From NCBI GenBank assembly GCA_023265015.1, contig JAHFUO010000003.1, forward strand, positions 2,866-66,865: a stretch of DNA of 64,000 nt, in the 5' to 3' direction. The stretch is from Acidobacteriota bacterium (GTDB taxonomy: Bacteria; Acidobacteriota; Vicinamibacteria; Vicinamibacterales; UBA2999). The position numbers and the translations under genes were made by a program. This document shows positions 1 to 11,832 of this stretch, one piece after another. The notes under the pieces were generated by a model that made no database searches, was not told the DNA's origin, and saw nothing but the letters and a program-made list of their open reading frames with translations. How positions within the stretch are numbered: the stretch's first letter is position 1; every line of letters starts with the position of its first letter.

Positions 1-622
1 GCCGTGAGACGCCTCGCAAGCCCACGAGGCGTGCCGCGACGACCACAACCCATACGAGCGGCCCGGAGTCGAGTGTCAGCGTCGCGACCACGAACAGGAC
101 CGCGGCGGCCGTGTCCGCGATGACTCCGCCGTGCGACTGGCACAGCAGGAGCGCGGCGATCGAGAACACGGCGATCTCGATGAAGTGATTGATCGCATAC
201 TCTTCCCACACCATTCCGAGGAACGTGTGCATCCCCGTCAGTACCACGAGCGCATACGTGAACGCGAGCGCGTCATTCTTCGTCCGTACGCGAGCGACGC
301 GGACAAAGACGAAGAACAACGCTGCAATGAACAGGACGTGGAACAATTTGTACGCGAGGTTGTAGTGTCCGCCGGATCCGTCGAGCAGGAGCTTGATCTG
401 CATGAACCGCAGCGGGCGGAAGAAACCGCCACTGTCGATCTTTCCCATCAGGACTTGCCACGCTGACATGTCCTGAACCTTCAGAATCGGCACGAGTGAG
501 TCAGTGATCTGAAGAGGATTCCTCACGACGGCGAGGCACACGACGAGCGCCGTCAGCGAGGCGGCACTCCACGCCATCCACGTCCAGCGCGTGGTTGTCG
601 CAGGTCGAGGGTCCATTCCCAT
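1..622 (-). CDS. Polytopic membrane protein, family D, N-terminal part (gene runs off the left edge); paralog of 46567..47982
   Basis: Not in the ORF track because it is truncated. Hand translation of the minus strand from ATG (complement of 620-622) stays open to position 2: MGMDPRPATTTRWTWMAWSAASLTALVVCLAVVRNPLQITDSLVPILKVQDMSAWQVLMGKIDSGGFFRPLRFMQIKLLLD...TGMHTFLGMVWEEYAINHF. Collinear with 46567..47982 (GIPIQLSDSFANLLQIQG...GGYLRPLLQVQLKIVYD...GIHTFTGTVREAFPINTF). Confidence 0.6.
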   Translation of the reverse strand, partial: MGMDPRPATTTRWTWMAWSAASLTALVVCLAVVRNPLQITDSLVPILKVQDMSAWQVLMGKIDSGGFFRPLRFMQIKLLLDGSGGHYNLAYKLFHVLFIAALFFVFVRVARVRTKNDALAFTYALVVLTGMHTFLGMVWEEYAINHFIEIAVFSIAALLLCQSHGGVIADTAAAVLFVVATLTLDSGPLVWVVVVAARLVGLRGVSR

Positions 623-694
623 ATCAGCGTGTCGTGGAGTTCTGTAACTATACTTATGTAACCACGCGCCATCAACGTGCACGGCGCCAATGTC

Positions 695-2284
695 TCACCT
701 CGCGAAGCACGGAAGTCCGGTCGCGCGATCGATTGCCGTATCCGGGGCCGCGCGCGGCAGCCAGACGCGAATACGCGAATCGATCGATGGGACCGCGTGC
801 TCTTCGAGCGCGCGCTCCCGCACCCATCGACCGAGGTCCGGCCACGAGCTCATGAAGACCGTCGAACCGTCGAGCATCACCGCGGCGCCGACCCGCTCGC
901 GATTCAGCTGCGCGATTGCCCGCGCCACGTCCGCGGGATCGTCGTAGTACCCGGGAATCCATGACGCGAGGCCGCTCGCGAACGGCCGGTGCGCGAGCAC
1001 GGGAATCTCGGGACCGAAGCCGCTCACCAGGACGCGATCGCTCGCCAGCGTGCAGCGCGCCAGGTAATCGACGAGCGGCGCGAGCGCGGGATTCGGCTGA
1101 ATGTCCGGCGACCCATTCTCGAGACGACGCGTCACGCGCACCGCCTGGCGCGCGACACCGGCAGGCGTCACGATCGTGGAACGAGCCGCGGCGGGCATCA
1201 CTGCAAGCACGATCACGACGGCAAGCCCCGCGCTCGCGGCCCTGTTCAGCACGCGCGTCGAGAAGAGATGTCCGGCCACGGCGGCGGCCGCGACCGCCAT
1301 CGGCGCCACGACGTCGGGCAGACGCGCGGCGAGGACATCGCGGAGAAAAACCACGGCAATGAGCAGGACGAGCGCGGACGCTGACGCCAGCTGTGCGCGC
1401 GACAGCCGCGGCCCTCGACTGTGCTCGGGCCGGGGTCCGTCGCGAAACGACAGGAGCACGCCAAGCGCGGGAATCGCGACGAGGACGTAGAAGAGCGCCG
1501 GCGGCGATCCGCCGGCGGTTCGTCGTCCTTCGGTGGCCACGAAGCGAAGCGCGGAGGCAAGGTACTCCGGCACGCCTTCGTACCACTGCACGTACAGCAG
1601 CCACGGGCTGATGAAGAGAAGTGAGAGCGCGGCGTACAGAGCAAGCGTACGCAGCGCCTCGCCGCGCGCATCGGCGTGCCGGACCGCGAGGAGCACGGCG
1701 CTCGAGATCGCGACGTACGCGATGTAGTCGTGCCGCAGCAGGAACGCAATCGCGGTCCATCCGGACAGCGCGACGAGCCGCCTCCTGCCGGGCGCGTCCG
1801 CGTACCCCCACGCGAGCCAGATCGCCACGACCGGCACGATGACCTTCGTCGTGTTGTACATCCGTGGAGAGATCAGGATCGTGATCGCGGCGGCGGCCAC
1901 ACCGGCGATCGCGCTGCCGCTCGCGCGCCGCACGAGCAGATACGTGACCGCCACGGTGGCGCTGAGGAACAGGAGGCAGAGCACGATGTTCACCAGCAGC
2001 GTCGGGCCGAAGATCGCCGCGGCCGCGGTGGAAACGAGATATGCGAGCGGCTGACCCGGATCGACGAAATCCCGCACGGGCCAGTCGCCGTAGAGCACCT
2101 GGTGCGCGCGCGCCAGCATCACGAAATGATCGTTTTCGATCGCGCCGGTGGTCACGTACCGGTACAGGAACGCCGCGCCGCCGAGGATTACCGCGGCTTG
2201 CCCCGAGCGAAGTCGAGGGGCCGCCGGTGAGAGCCGCAATCTCTCCACGCCTTCAGTCCACGGTTGCGACGAGGCCGACGACAT
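695..2284 (-). CDS. Polytopic membrane protein, family C (GT-C-like candidate); distant paralog of 40238..41845 and 41842..43548
   Basis: 529-aa ORF with many hydrophobic helices. NDHFVMLARAHQVLYGDWPVRDFVDPGQPLAY matches NDHFVYISGGRQMLFGEWPTRDFIDPGLPLMF of the other two. Shared C-terminal soluble part (RVLVSGFGPEIPVLAHRPFASG vs RILVGGFLPEIPFYAQRLFAGG; ends TGLPCFAR vs ETGWPCFR). Confidence 0.7.
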   Translation of the reverse strand: MSSASSQPWTEGVERLRLSPAAPRLRSGQAAVILGGAAFLYRYVTTGAIENDHFVMLARAHQVLYGDWPVRDFVDPGQPLAYLVSTAAAAIFGPTLLVNIVLCLLFLSATVAVTYLLVRRASGSAIAGVAAAAITILISPRMYNTTKVIVPVVAIWLAWGYADAPGRRRLVALSGWTAIAFLLRHDYIAYVAISSAVLLAVRHADARGEALRTLALYAALSLLFISPWLLYVQWYEGVPEYLASALRFVATEGRRTAGGSPPALFYVLVAIPALGVLLSFRDGPRPEHSRGPRLSRAQLASASALVLLIAVVFLRDVLAARLPDVVAPMAVAAAAVAGHLFSTRVLNRAASAGLAVVIVLAVMPAAARSTIVTPAGVARQAVRVTRRLENGSPDIQPNPALAPLVDYLARCTLASDRVLVSGFGPEIPVLAHRPFASGLASWIPGYYDDPADVARAIAQLNRERVGAAVMLDGSTVFMSSWPDLGRWVRERALEEHAVPSIDSRIRVWLPRAAPDTAIDRATGLPCFAR

Positions 2285-3215
2285 CGCCCAGGTTCAGCGG
2301 GACGCGCGCCCCGGGCGCCAGGCGGAGCGGCAGGGCAGCCGCATGCGCGGCGCGCAGCAGCAGGCTGCCGCGCGACAGCTCGCGAAGACGCCGTTCGATG
2401 TATGAAAAGCGGTAGCGCCGGCCCACAGTGCGGTGCTCGATGACGCTGAATCTGCACTCGCGCAGCAGCCTGGCGAGATTCGAGGCGCTGAACAGGGAAA
2501 TGTGCTGGGCAAGGTCGACGTAGTACCAGTGCGGGCCGAGAAGTCGGGCAATGGGACTTCCGGTGTCGGGGGTCGTGATGAACAGGTGTCCACCGCCGAC
2601 CAGGTACCGGCGACATCGCTCCAACGCAGCCCGCGGATCCGGCAGATGCTCGATGACATCGAACATCGTCACCGCATCGAACCGGCCGACGTATGCGGGA
2701 TGCTCTGCTTCAATCGATCCCGGTTCGAGGCAGACATTGAAATGCTCGCGGCCCCATGCGACGACGGTGGGACTCGGTTCGATGCCGATGGCCGTGTACC
2801 GTTGCTGCGCCTCGCGAATGAAGTGACCGAGGTTCGCGCCGACGTCGAGCAGCGCGCGTCCCGCCGGGAGGAACCGGCTCACCCATTCGAGCTTGTCACG
2901 GGCCGCTTCGACGGTGGCCGCGTCCTGGTAGTAATCCTTGTACACATCCGTGAAGAAGATCGGCTCGTCCGATTCGTAAATCGACTCTCCGGTACTCGTT
3001 CTTGACACACCCTGGGGCACCCACGCAAATCGGCACTGGCTGCAACGAAGGAGCTGACGTTCGCGGTGTGCCGTCCACAACGATCCCCTGCCGCCGCACA
3101 GCAGGCAGCGACTTGTCCGCCGAAGCTCGGAGAGCGAAGGCGGATCGCGTGGACGATCGCGATCAGGCGACATTCTGCGGCGCCGACTGAGGGCGCTTTC
3201 GGCGATCGGCTGCAA
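2253..3215 (-). CDS. Class I SAM-dependent methyltransferase with N-terminal zinc ribbon
   Basis: CLLCGG...CSQCRF cysteine pairs, then SAM motif I LLDVGANLGHF and FDAVTMFDVIEHLPDP...GGHLFITTPD. Start may be an internal Met (3173). Confidence 0.8.
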   Translation of the reverse strand: MQPIAESALSRRRRMSPDRDRPRDPPSLSELRRTSRCLLCGGRGSLWTAHRERQLLRCSQCRFAWVPQGVSRTSTGESIYESDEPIFFTDVYKDYYQDAATVEAARDKLEWVSRFLPAGRALLDVGANLGHFIREAQQRYTAIGIEPSPTVVAWGREHFNVCLEPGSIEAEHPAYVGRFDAVTMFDVIEHLPDPRAALERCRRYLVGGGHLFITTPDTGSPIARLLGPHWYYVDLAQHISLFSASNLARLLRECRFSVIEHRTVGRRYRFSYIERRLRELSRGSLLLRAAHAAALPLRLAPGARVPLNLGDVVGLVATVD

Positions 3216-6012
3216 TCAGCATCACGCCCACGAGAAGTCCGCAGGCGCTGAGAACCGTGCCGGCGCGCTTGGTCGTTGACGCGAACTCGAATGTGACCGT
3301 GTGGCGGCCGGCGGGAACAACGACTCCCTGCAGCGCGACATCGGTCCGGCGCACGGGCGCGATGCTGCCGTCGATCCGCGCGCGCCAACCGGGATAATCC
3401 GCCTCGCTCAGCACGAGGAACCCGCCGCCGCTTGTGGAGACATTGACGGTGATCCGACCGTCTGCGATCCGGTCGACCCTCGCGCTTCCCTGGCCGGGGC
3501 GAAACGGGCCAGGCACGCCGCCCTCCTCCGGGTCCACGATCGCCATCCGGCGCGGATCGAAGCGCGTGCCGCCGGGAAGCTGAGCGCGGCGCGCGGCTTC
3601 CAGCGCGTCGCTGTCCGGCAGCGCCTTCACGTCGGTCACCACCCACGCCCGTGGGAGGGCGCGCAAGTTTTCGTACACGACGTACGGAATCTCGTCCGCG
3701 ATCGGCTCATCCACGCCCCGGTCCGTGATCCGTGATGTCTCGAAGTGCCGGATTGCACGCCAGCGCGCCGAATCCGCAAGCCACATACCCGGCGCGCTCA
3801 TCGGGTGCGACATCCCGGCATCGTCGATCAGCGTGAGCCGATCAATGGTGAGCCATCCTCCGGTGCCCGGCGCGGTGAGCTCGAGATGGCCGCCGCGCGC
3901 CGGCGCCGGCAGCGGGATGCGCGTGATGAATCGCAATGCCTGACCGGCGTCGGGATCGTCGAATCGGTTCGGCGGTATCTGATGGCGCGCGCGCCGCAGC
4001 ACGCCGGGATCCGAGAGTCCGGTTTCCGCCGTTTCGATTCCGGCGCGCAGCTGCTGCTCGCCGATCGCTCCAGCGGGGACGGCCACGCGTATCGCACCCG
4101 CCTCGCCGCCCTGCGGCACGTTCTCCGAACACCGGAGGTGCGTGACGACCGCTATCTCGCGGACCGACACGTCCGGCGGGAGCGGAATAGTCGTCGACCG
4201 CGCATACTCCTTGCCGCAATCGGGACGGCCGATCGGCATGCCGAGCTCGCTGGCGTCCCACGTGACGCCGTCGCGTTCGATCGTGCCCGGCGGCGCGACG
4301 TCGTCACGCTGCACGAGGATGTACCGTACCGCCAGCAGATCCAGCGCGACATCGTCGGAGCCGAGAACGGCCGGCCGCACCGAGCCGTTGGTTCCCATGG
4401 TCGCGAGCTCGGAGTAGCGCTCCAGCAGCATCGGCCCGTAGCCGCCCGCGATAGGGACGTTCCAGAGCCGCGCGAACGCCGCGGGGATGACCGCGTCGAG
4501 GTGCGTGCCGCCGATGGCGAGTGCACGCTGGCGGAGCGGCTGCAGCTCGCGCGCGAGCCGCTGCGCGTGAACGCTCGGCGCGACTGCAGAGGATGGGATG
4601 GTGATCGGAACGAGTCCGGTGATCCCGACGGGGTACGGCAACGAGTAGAGGTTATCGGCGAACAGGATCGCCATGAGGATCGCGATCGATGCGACGAACC
4701 GCCGCCTCTGCGCCACCACGAACACGGCGGCAACGGTGATCGCCGCGATCGCGAGCTGCACCCACACGCCGTCGTTCCAGATCGGCAGGTGCCACGCCGG
4801 CGTGTAGCGGACTTCGTAGTTGAACGGCTGTGGCCACGCGGCAAGAATCGCCGCACCGGCGACCACGAGCGCCAGCAACGCGCTCGCTGCCGATCGAGCC
4901 CGGACGCGCCCGACCTCGGCGCGCTGGATGGCCGCAATCGCGAAGCCCGCGAGGAACGCCGCGCCGAATGCGGCAAGAAAGAGATGCCGCGCGCCGACGC
5001 GGAACTTCCGGTACAGCGGAACGATTGCGTAGAGCAGCTTCGGGATCGGAGTCGCGTCGCCGGCGCCGATCACGAGCGCAAGGATCGCGACGCACATCCA
5101 GAAGGCGACGCGCCAGTGGCGCCGGAAGAGCGACGCGCCGACGAACGCGAACACGAGCGTCGCGAGCCCGACGTAGGTGGGCGCTTCCCGTCCTTCGTGA
5201 AGGATCGTGGGAAACAGGATCGACAGCATCTGCGCCGGCGTGTTGCCGTGCGCGGTGAACTGTTCGACGTTCACCTGCTGCCTGGCCATCAGGAAGCTGG
5301 CCTCGACGAGCGGGATCGCTTTGATCGAGGCGAGGACGCCGCCAAGCACGAACATCGCGGCGACCGACAGGTAGTAACGCCGGTCCGACCGCTCTGCGAT
5401 TCCTCCGACGAGCGCGTACAACGCGGTGAAGTACACCGTGTAGACGGCCGGCTGCGGATGTCCCGACAGGAACGAGGCCGCGACTGCGACGCCGCCCACG
5501 GTGATCCATGTCCGGCGACGCTCGCCGTGCACGCCTTCGATCGACAGCAGGATCAACGGCAGCCACGCAAAGGAGTGCATCGTGCCGAGGTGCGGCAACC
5601 GCTCGACGAGCGCCTCCGACATGCCGTACGCCAGCCCGGCAAACGCGGCGGCGGTGCGCGACCGCGTGATGCCGTAGACGTACGCGTAGGTGAACGACGC
5701 CGCCAGGACGAACGCGCAGATCACGAAGCCGGTCCACGACCCGAGGATGCGAGCGAAGAAGAAGTGCGGGGGATAGGAGATGAAATCGCCCGGGTCGGCA
5801 AACGCCGGCAGGCCCGAGAACTCGAAGCTGGACCACGTCGTGATCGGCGCGAGAAAAATCGGCAAGTAGTACTCGTAGAGATCCGATTCCGAAAGATAGC
5901 GATGGCTGATGATCGATTGCGCGAACAACCAGGTGAACAGGATCGAGTACGCGGCGACGACGAGGAAGGCGTGAAGGGCGGCGGAGTATCGTGGCCGCGG
6001 CGCTGTGCTCAT
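3163..6012 (-). CDS. Large polytopic membrane protein, YfhO-like (GT-C-type glycosyltransferase candidate)
   Basis: 949-aa ORF. The first ~470 aa are highly hydrophobic, followed by a soluble domain and a last TM helix (TVLSACGLLVGVMLIAA). N-terminal SESDLYEYYLPIFLAPITTW...FADPGDFISYPPHFFF and C-terminal ADYPGWRARIDGSIAPVRRTDVALQGVVVPAGRHTVTFEF resemble YfhO-family proteins as I remember them. Confidence 0.55.
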   Translation of the reverse strand: MSTAPRPRYSAALHAFLVVAAYSILFTWLFAQSIISHRYLSESDLYEYYLPIFLAPITTWSSFEFSGLPAFADPGDFISYPPHFFFARILGSWTGFVICAFVLAASFTYAYVYGITRSRTAAAFAGLAYGMSEALVERLPHLGTMHSFAWLPLILLSIEGVHGERRRTWITVGGVAVAASFLSGHPQPAVYTVYFTALYALVGGIAERSDRRYYLSVAAMFVLGGVLASIKAIPLVEASFLMARQQVNVEQFTAHGNTPAQMLSILFPTILHEGREAPTYVGLATLVFAFVGASLFRRHWRVAFWMCVAILALVIGAGDATPIPKLLYAIVPLYRKFRVGARHLFLAAFGAAFLAGFAIAAIQRAEVGRVRARSAASALLALVVAGAAILAAWPQPFNYEVRYTPAWHLPIWNDGVWVQLAIAAITVAAVFVVAQRRRFVASIAILMAILFADNLYSLPYPVGITGLVPITIPSSAVAPSVHAQRLARELQPLRQRALAIGGTHLDAVIPAAFARLWNVPIAGGYGPMLLERYSELATMGTNGSVRPAVLGSDDVALDLLAVRYILVQRDDVAPPGTIERDGVTWDASELGMPIGRPDCGKEYARSTTIPLPPDVSVREIAVVTHLRCSENVPQGGEAGAIRVAVPAGAIGEQQLRAGIETAETGLSDPGVLRRARHQIPPNRFDDPDAGQALRFITRIPLPAPARGGHLELTAPGTGGWLTIDRLTLIDDAGMSHPMSAPGMWLADSARWRAIRHFETSRITDRGVDEPIADEIPYVVYENLRALPRAWVVTDVKALPDSDALEAARRAQLPGGTRFDPRRMAIVDPEEGGVPGPFRPGQGSARVDRIADGRITVNVSTSGGGFLVLSEADYPGWRARIDGSIAPVRRTDVALQGVVVPAGRHTVTFEFASTTKRAGTVLSACGLLVGVMLIAADRRKRPQSAPQNVA

Positions 6013-6048
6013 TGCGTGTGTGAGCCGCCATCGTACACCAGGGCACGT

Positions 6049-6113
6049 GGGGAACCAGGGAACCGGGGAACGAGGGAGCCCTTGTCCCGTCGTCCCCTAG
6101 TCCCCCTGTCCCC
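6049..6113. repeat. G-tract / C-tract imperfect palindrome filling the divergent intergenic region (G-quadruplex motif on both strands)
   Basis: GGGGaaccaGGGaaccGGGGaacgaGGGagcccttgtCCCgtcgtCCCCtagtCCCCCtgtCCCC. Four G-runs on the plus strand are followed by four C-runs. GGGGA blocks can pair with TCCCC blocks, separated by 3-4-nt bubbles. Confidence 0.6.
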
Positions 6114-6141
6114 TGGGTTACACTCGGATGTTCCCTCTCTC

Positions 6142-7683
6142 ATGAACGGTCGATTCCAACAGCTCGTGCAGCTCCCGAGAAGTGTGCTCTCGCTGTTCGT
6201 CCACGGCTCCGGACGGATCCAGCAGGTGGCCGACGACACGAGGCGCGCGTCGAAGATCGGCGCAGAGACCGCGAAGGTCACGGGCGAGATCGGCACGCGC
6301 ACGTTGAAGCTGGAATCGGAGGTCGGATCGCTCGCCAAGGACATGCGGGCGCTCATGGGCGAGCTGCGCCTGCTTCGCGAGGAGCTGCACGATCGGCTGC
6401 TGCAGTACAACCTTCAGCTCGGCCGGCTCTCGCGTATCGCGATCGAGGAGGAGGGCGACGCACCGCGCCTCTCGGCGCGCATCGTGTCGTACGACGTCGA
6501 GGACGAAGAGGCGCCCGACTGGGAAACGGTCGGCAATCAGCCGCATCCGGATCCCGAAGGACGCGAGTGGCTCGTGCTCGACGCGTGCCCGATGTGCCGC
6601 CACGCGGAGCGGACGATCGTCAACGAGTGGAACAAGCTCGTGCTGCTGCACAAGGCGCCCGATCCCGCATCTGCGCGATACGACTTCGCCGTCTGTCATG
6701 CGTGCGGCGTGACGTACGCGACGCGCCGCCCCATCGGCCAGCGCTACAAGTTTCTGAACCTGAATTTCGGAGAGGTGACCGCCAAGCACGGCGGCGATGC
6801 GGAGTTCACGAACCCGCTGCTGAATCCGTATCCGCTCACCGATGCCGATCGCGAGATCCTCAGGCGCCGCGCCGGGCGAGGCGTGTTCGTCTCGGAGCAC
6901 CTGGGACTGCGATCGAACGAGTACCTCGAAGGCTTGATCAAGGATCGATTCGAGAACAGCGTTCACCTCGATCTGATCGGGGCGCTGCTCTCGCCGACGG
7001 GCGCGCGCGTGCTCGAGATCCGGCCGAGGACGGGGATGATCTCCGAAGGGCTCCGCCGGCTGTACGGCGCCGACGTCCACACGATGCCGATCTGGGAGAG
7101 CCAGGAGTTTCTCCTGAAGGAGGTCTACGGCATCGAGTCCGACGGCCTCGTGGACTACGACCAGTTCGACATCCCCGGCGACGGCACCTTCGATCTCATC
7201 ATCTGCAATCACATGCTGACGCATGCCGTGCGGCCCGAGCGATTCTTCGCCGCGGTGCACCGGCGGCTGGCGCCGGGTGGCCACGTCTACTTCTACAACG
7301 AGCCCGACGATGCGGAATACCTGTCGGGGAACCAGTCGATGCTCGCCACGCTGAACCCGCTGCACATGCAGGCGTTCGATCAGAAGTCGTTCGCCCGCGC
7401 GCTCGGGGCGAACGGGTTCGAGATGGTGTTTCACAAGCGCCGCAACGAAAACCACATCTGCCTGGCGAAGATGACGGAGACATCCTGGACACCGATGACC
7501 GACAAGGAGCGCGGCAAGCGCATCCGCGCCTATCGCCGCGCGCGCGATCGGGCGATTCTCGGCCTGCGTGGAGACGTGCGCGCGCGCTTCGCCGACGAAT
7601 GGCAGCAGATCGTCGAGCGCAGCGTCGCCGAGGGGATCGCGGAGTTCGACGCCGAAGGGAACCTTCGTCTCATCGCGCGATGA
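6142..7683 (+). CDS. SAM-dependent methyltransferase with N-terminal coiled-coil region and zinc ribbon
   Basis: Only the 3' 1.5 kb of track ORF 3745..7683 is credible. In-frame ATG at 6142 (MNGRFQQLVQL). Heptad-like KLESEVGSLAKDMRALMGELRLLREELHDRLLQYNLQL; CPMC...CHAC; ARVLEIRPRTGMISEGL...FDLIICNHMLTHAVRPERFF...GGHVYFYNEPD. Confidence 0.7.
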   Translation: MNGRFQQLVQLPRSVLSLFVHGSGRIQQVADDTRRASKIGAETAKVTGEIGTRTLKLESEVGSLAKDMRALMGELRLLREELHDRLLQYNLQLGRLSRIAIEEEGDAPRLSARIVSYDVEDEEAPDWETVGNQPHPDPEGREWLVLDACPMCRHAERTIVNEWNKLVLLHKAPDPASARYDFAVCHACGVTYATRRPIGQRYKFLNLNFGEVTAKHGGDAEFTNPLLNPYPLTDADREILRRRAGRGVFVSEHLGLRSNEYLEGLIKDRFENSVHLDLIGALLSPTGARVLEIRPRTGMISEGLRRLYGADVHTMPIWESQEFLLKEVYGIESDGLVDYDQFDIPGDGTFDLIICNHMLTHAVRPERFFAAVHRRLAPGGHVYFYNEPDDAEYLSGNQSMLATLNPLHMQAFDQKSFARALGANGFEMVFHKRRNENHICLAKMTETSWTPMTDKERGKRIRAYRRARDRAILGLRGDVRARFADEWQQIVERSVAEGIAEFDAEGNLRLIAR

Positions 7684-7703
7684 CGCGCGTATCGGATTGA
7701 GAC

Positions 7704-8183
7704 GTGGCAGACAAAGACGAGCGCGAGAAGGCGCAGCGGCTCATCGCCGAGAACCGCAAGGCGCGCCACGACTATCACATCCTCGAGACCTTTGAAGCCG
7801 GTGTCGCGCTCCTCGGCACCGAGGTGAAAGCGATTCGCGAAGGACGCGTCAACCTGCGCGACAGCTACGCGCGCGCCGACAAGGGCGAGGTGTGGATGAT
7901 GAACGTCCACATCAGCTCGTACAGCCATCGGGGCTACGCCGACCACGCGGAGATGCGGCAGCGCAAGCTGCTCATGCACAGTCACGAGATACGCAAGCTG
8001 ATTGGACGCACCGCCGAAAAGGGGCTCACCCTTGTCCCACTGCAGCTGTACTTCAAGAAGGGGCGGGTGAAGGTGCTGCTCGGGCTCGCCAAGGGCAAGC
8101 AGGAACATGACAAGCGCGAGACGATCCGGCGCCGCGAGGTCGACCGCGAGACGCGCGCGGCCGTCAAAGCACGCCAGCGATGA
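7704..8183 (+). CDS. smpB: SsrA-binding protein SmpB
   Basis: 159 aa. IAENRKARHDYHILETFEAGVALLGTEVKAIREGRVNLRDSYA...LLMHSHEIRKLIGRTAEKGLTLVPLQLYFKKGRVKVLLGLAKGKQEHDKRE is the canonical SmpB pattern. Confidence 0.95.
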   Translation: MADKDEREKAQRLIAENRKARHDYHILETFEAGVALLGTEVKAIREGRVNLRDSYARADKGEVWMMNVHISSYSHRGYADHAEMRQRKLLMHSHEIRKLIGRTAEKGLTLVPLQLYFKKGRVKVLLGLAKGKQEHDKRETIRRREVDRETRAAVKARQR

Positions 8184-8205
8184 TACGATCTCGGCACCGT
8201 TACCC

Positions 8206-10761
<2,556 letters not shown>

Positions 10762-11832
10762 TCGAAGGCCGGCGAGGTCCTGACGAAGTCCACGAACCGG
10801 CGATAGGCGTCCAGCATCTCAGGGTTCCCCGAGAATCGGCGCTCGCAATGCGTCAACAGCATCACGACGCCGCGGGCGGCCGCGACCGCCCTGGCGTTCT
10901 GCTCCCACATCTCGCCGATGTCGCTCGGCTGATACCCGAGGAACCTCACGCTGCCGTCACGCCACATCGTGATCGGTATCTCCAGCGTCCGGCCGATCCT
11001 GAACGGTCGAACGCTTGCGCAGCCGTTGTTGAAGACCGGGAACGGCCCGCCGGAGGTCGGGATGCTCGAATCGTAGCGGTAGTAGCGTCCGAGGTCGTCG
11101 ATGAGCGGCGCGGTCCGCACGAGGGATGGCGCGCGATATCCCTGCGGCGAATACATCGCCAGCGCCTGGCGCCCTGCCGTCAGCCGGCGCTGCCGCTCTT
11201 CGGCGTCAAGAAATGCCGTGCGATTGGAATGGTCGTACCCGTGAACGCCGATGTCATGGCCTCGCGCGATCACTTCGCGCAGCAAACCGTGATCGAGTGG
11301 CCAGCCGGCGGGAACGACGTAGCTGGTCGATCGCGCACCAGCGGCCTCCTCCACCGGCAGGAACATCTCGACGAGGTTCCGGAGCCCCTCGGGGGATTCG
11401 ATGTCGTGCGTCAGGAGCGCCGGCGCACGGGACGACGACGGAAGCAGCTCGTCGCCGCTCGTCCAGTCGTTGACGAAGTCGGCGCTGAGGTCGAGCGGCC
11501 AGTCGGGATACCGCGACCACTCGGCGCGGCGCGCCCGAAGCCGCCGGCCGATCTGGCGCGCGATATACGAGCGCAACAGAGGGGGCACGCGCTGATAGTT
11601 GAAAGGGAGTTTCTTCGAGACGGGAGGCTGCGTGGTAAACGCCGCTCTCAGGCGAAGATCCTCCGCCAGGCCGTTCAACGACGGCGGTGGAATCACGCGG
11701 AGATCCAGGCTGGTGACGCCGGGCGACCCGGCGGCCGAGCCAAGCATCGCCGACGGGAGTGACACTTCTCGACCGACGGCCCACTCGAGGCGCGGCATGT
11801 GAACGGCGGTGATCCGAACCCGCCGGAGCTCG

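Noticed and set aside
131-466. 111-aa plus-strand ORF at the left edge
   Set aside because: It is antisense to the open minus-strand frame, which encodes a membrane protein homologous to 46567-47982.
3745-6141. First 2.4 kb of the 1312-aa plus-strand ORF 3745..7683
   Set aside because: It is antisense to the well-supported YfhO-like membrane gene (3163-6012). Its translation is Arg/Asp/Glu/His-rich low-complexity with no motifs. Only the part from ATG 6142 shows coiled-coil, zinc-ribbon and SAM-methyltransferase motifs. This is a typical high-GC shadow ORF.
8107-8205. Track start of family B copy B1 overlapping smpB by 77 nt
   Set aside because: The overlapping segment is Arg/Ser/Ala-rich with no counterpart in the other five family B proteins. 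GTG 8206 or ATG 8284 downstream of the smpB stop is more plausible.
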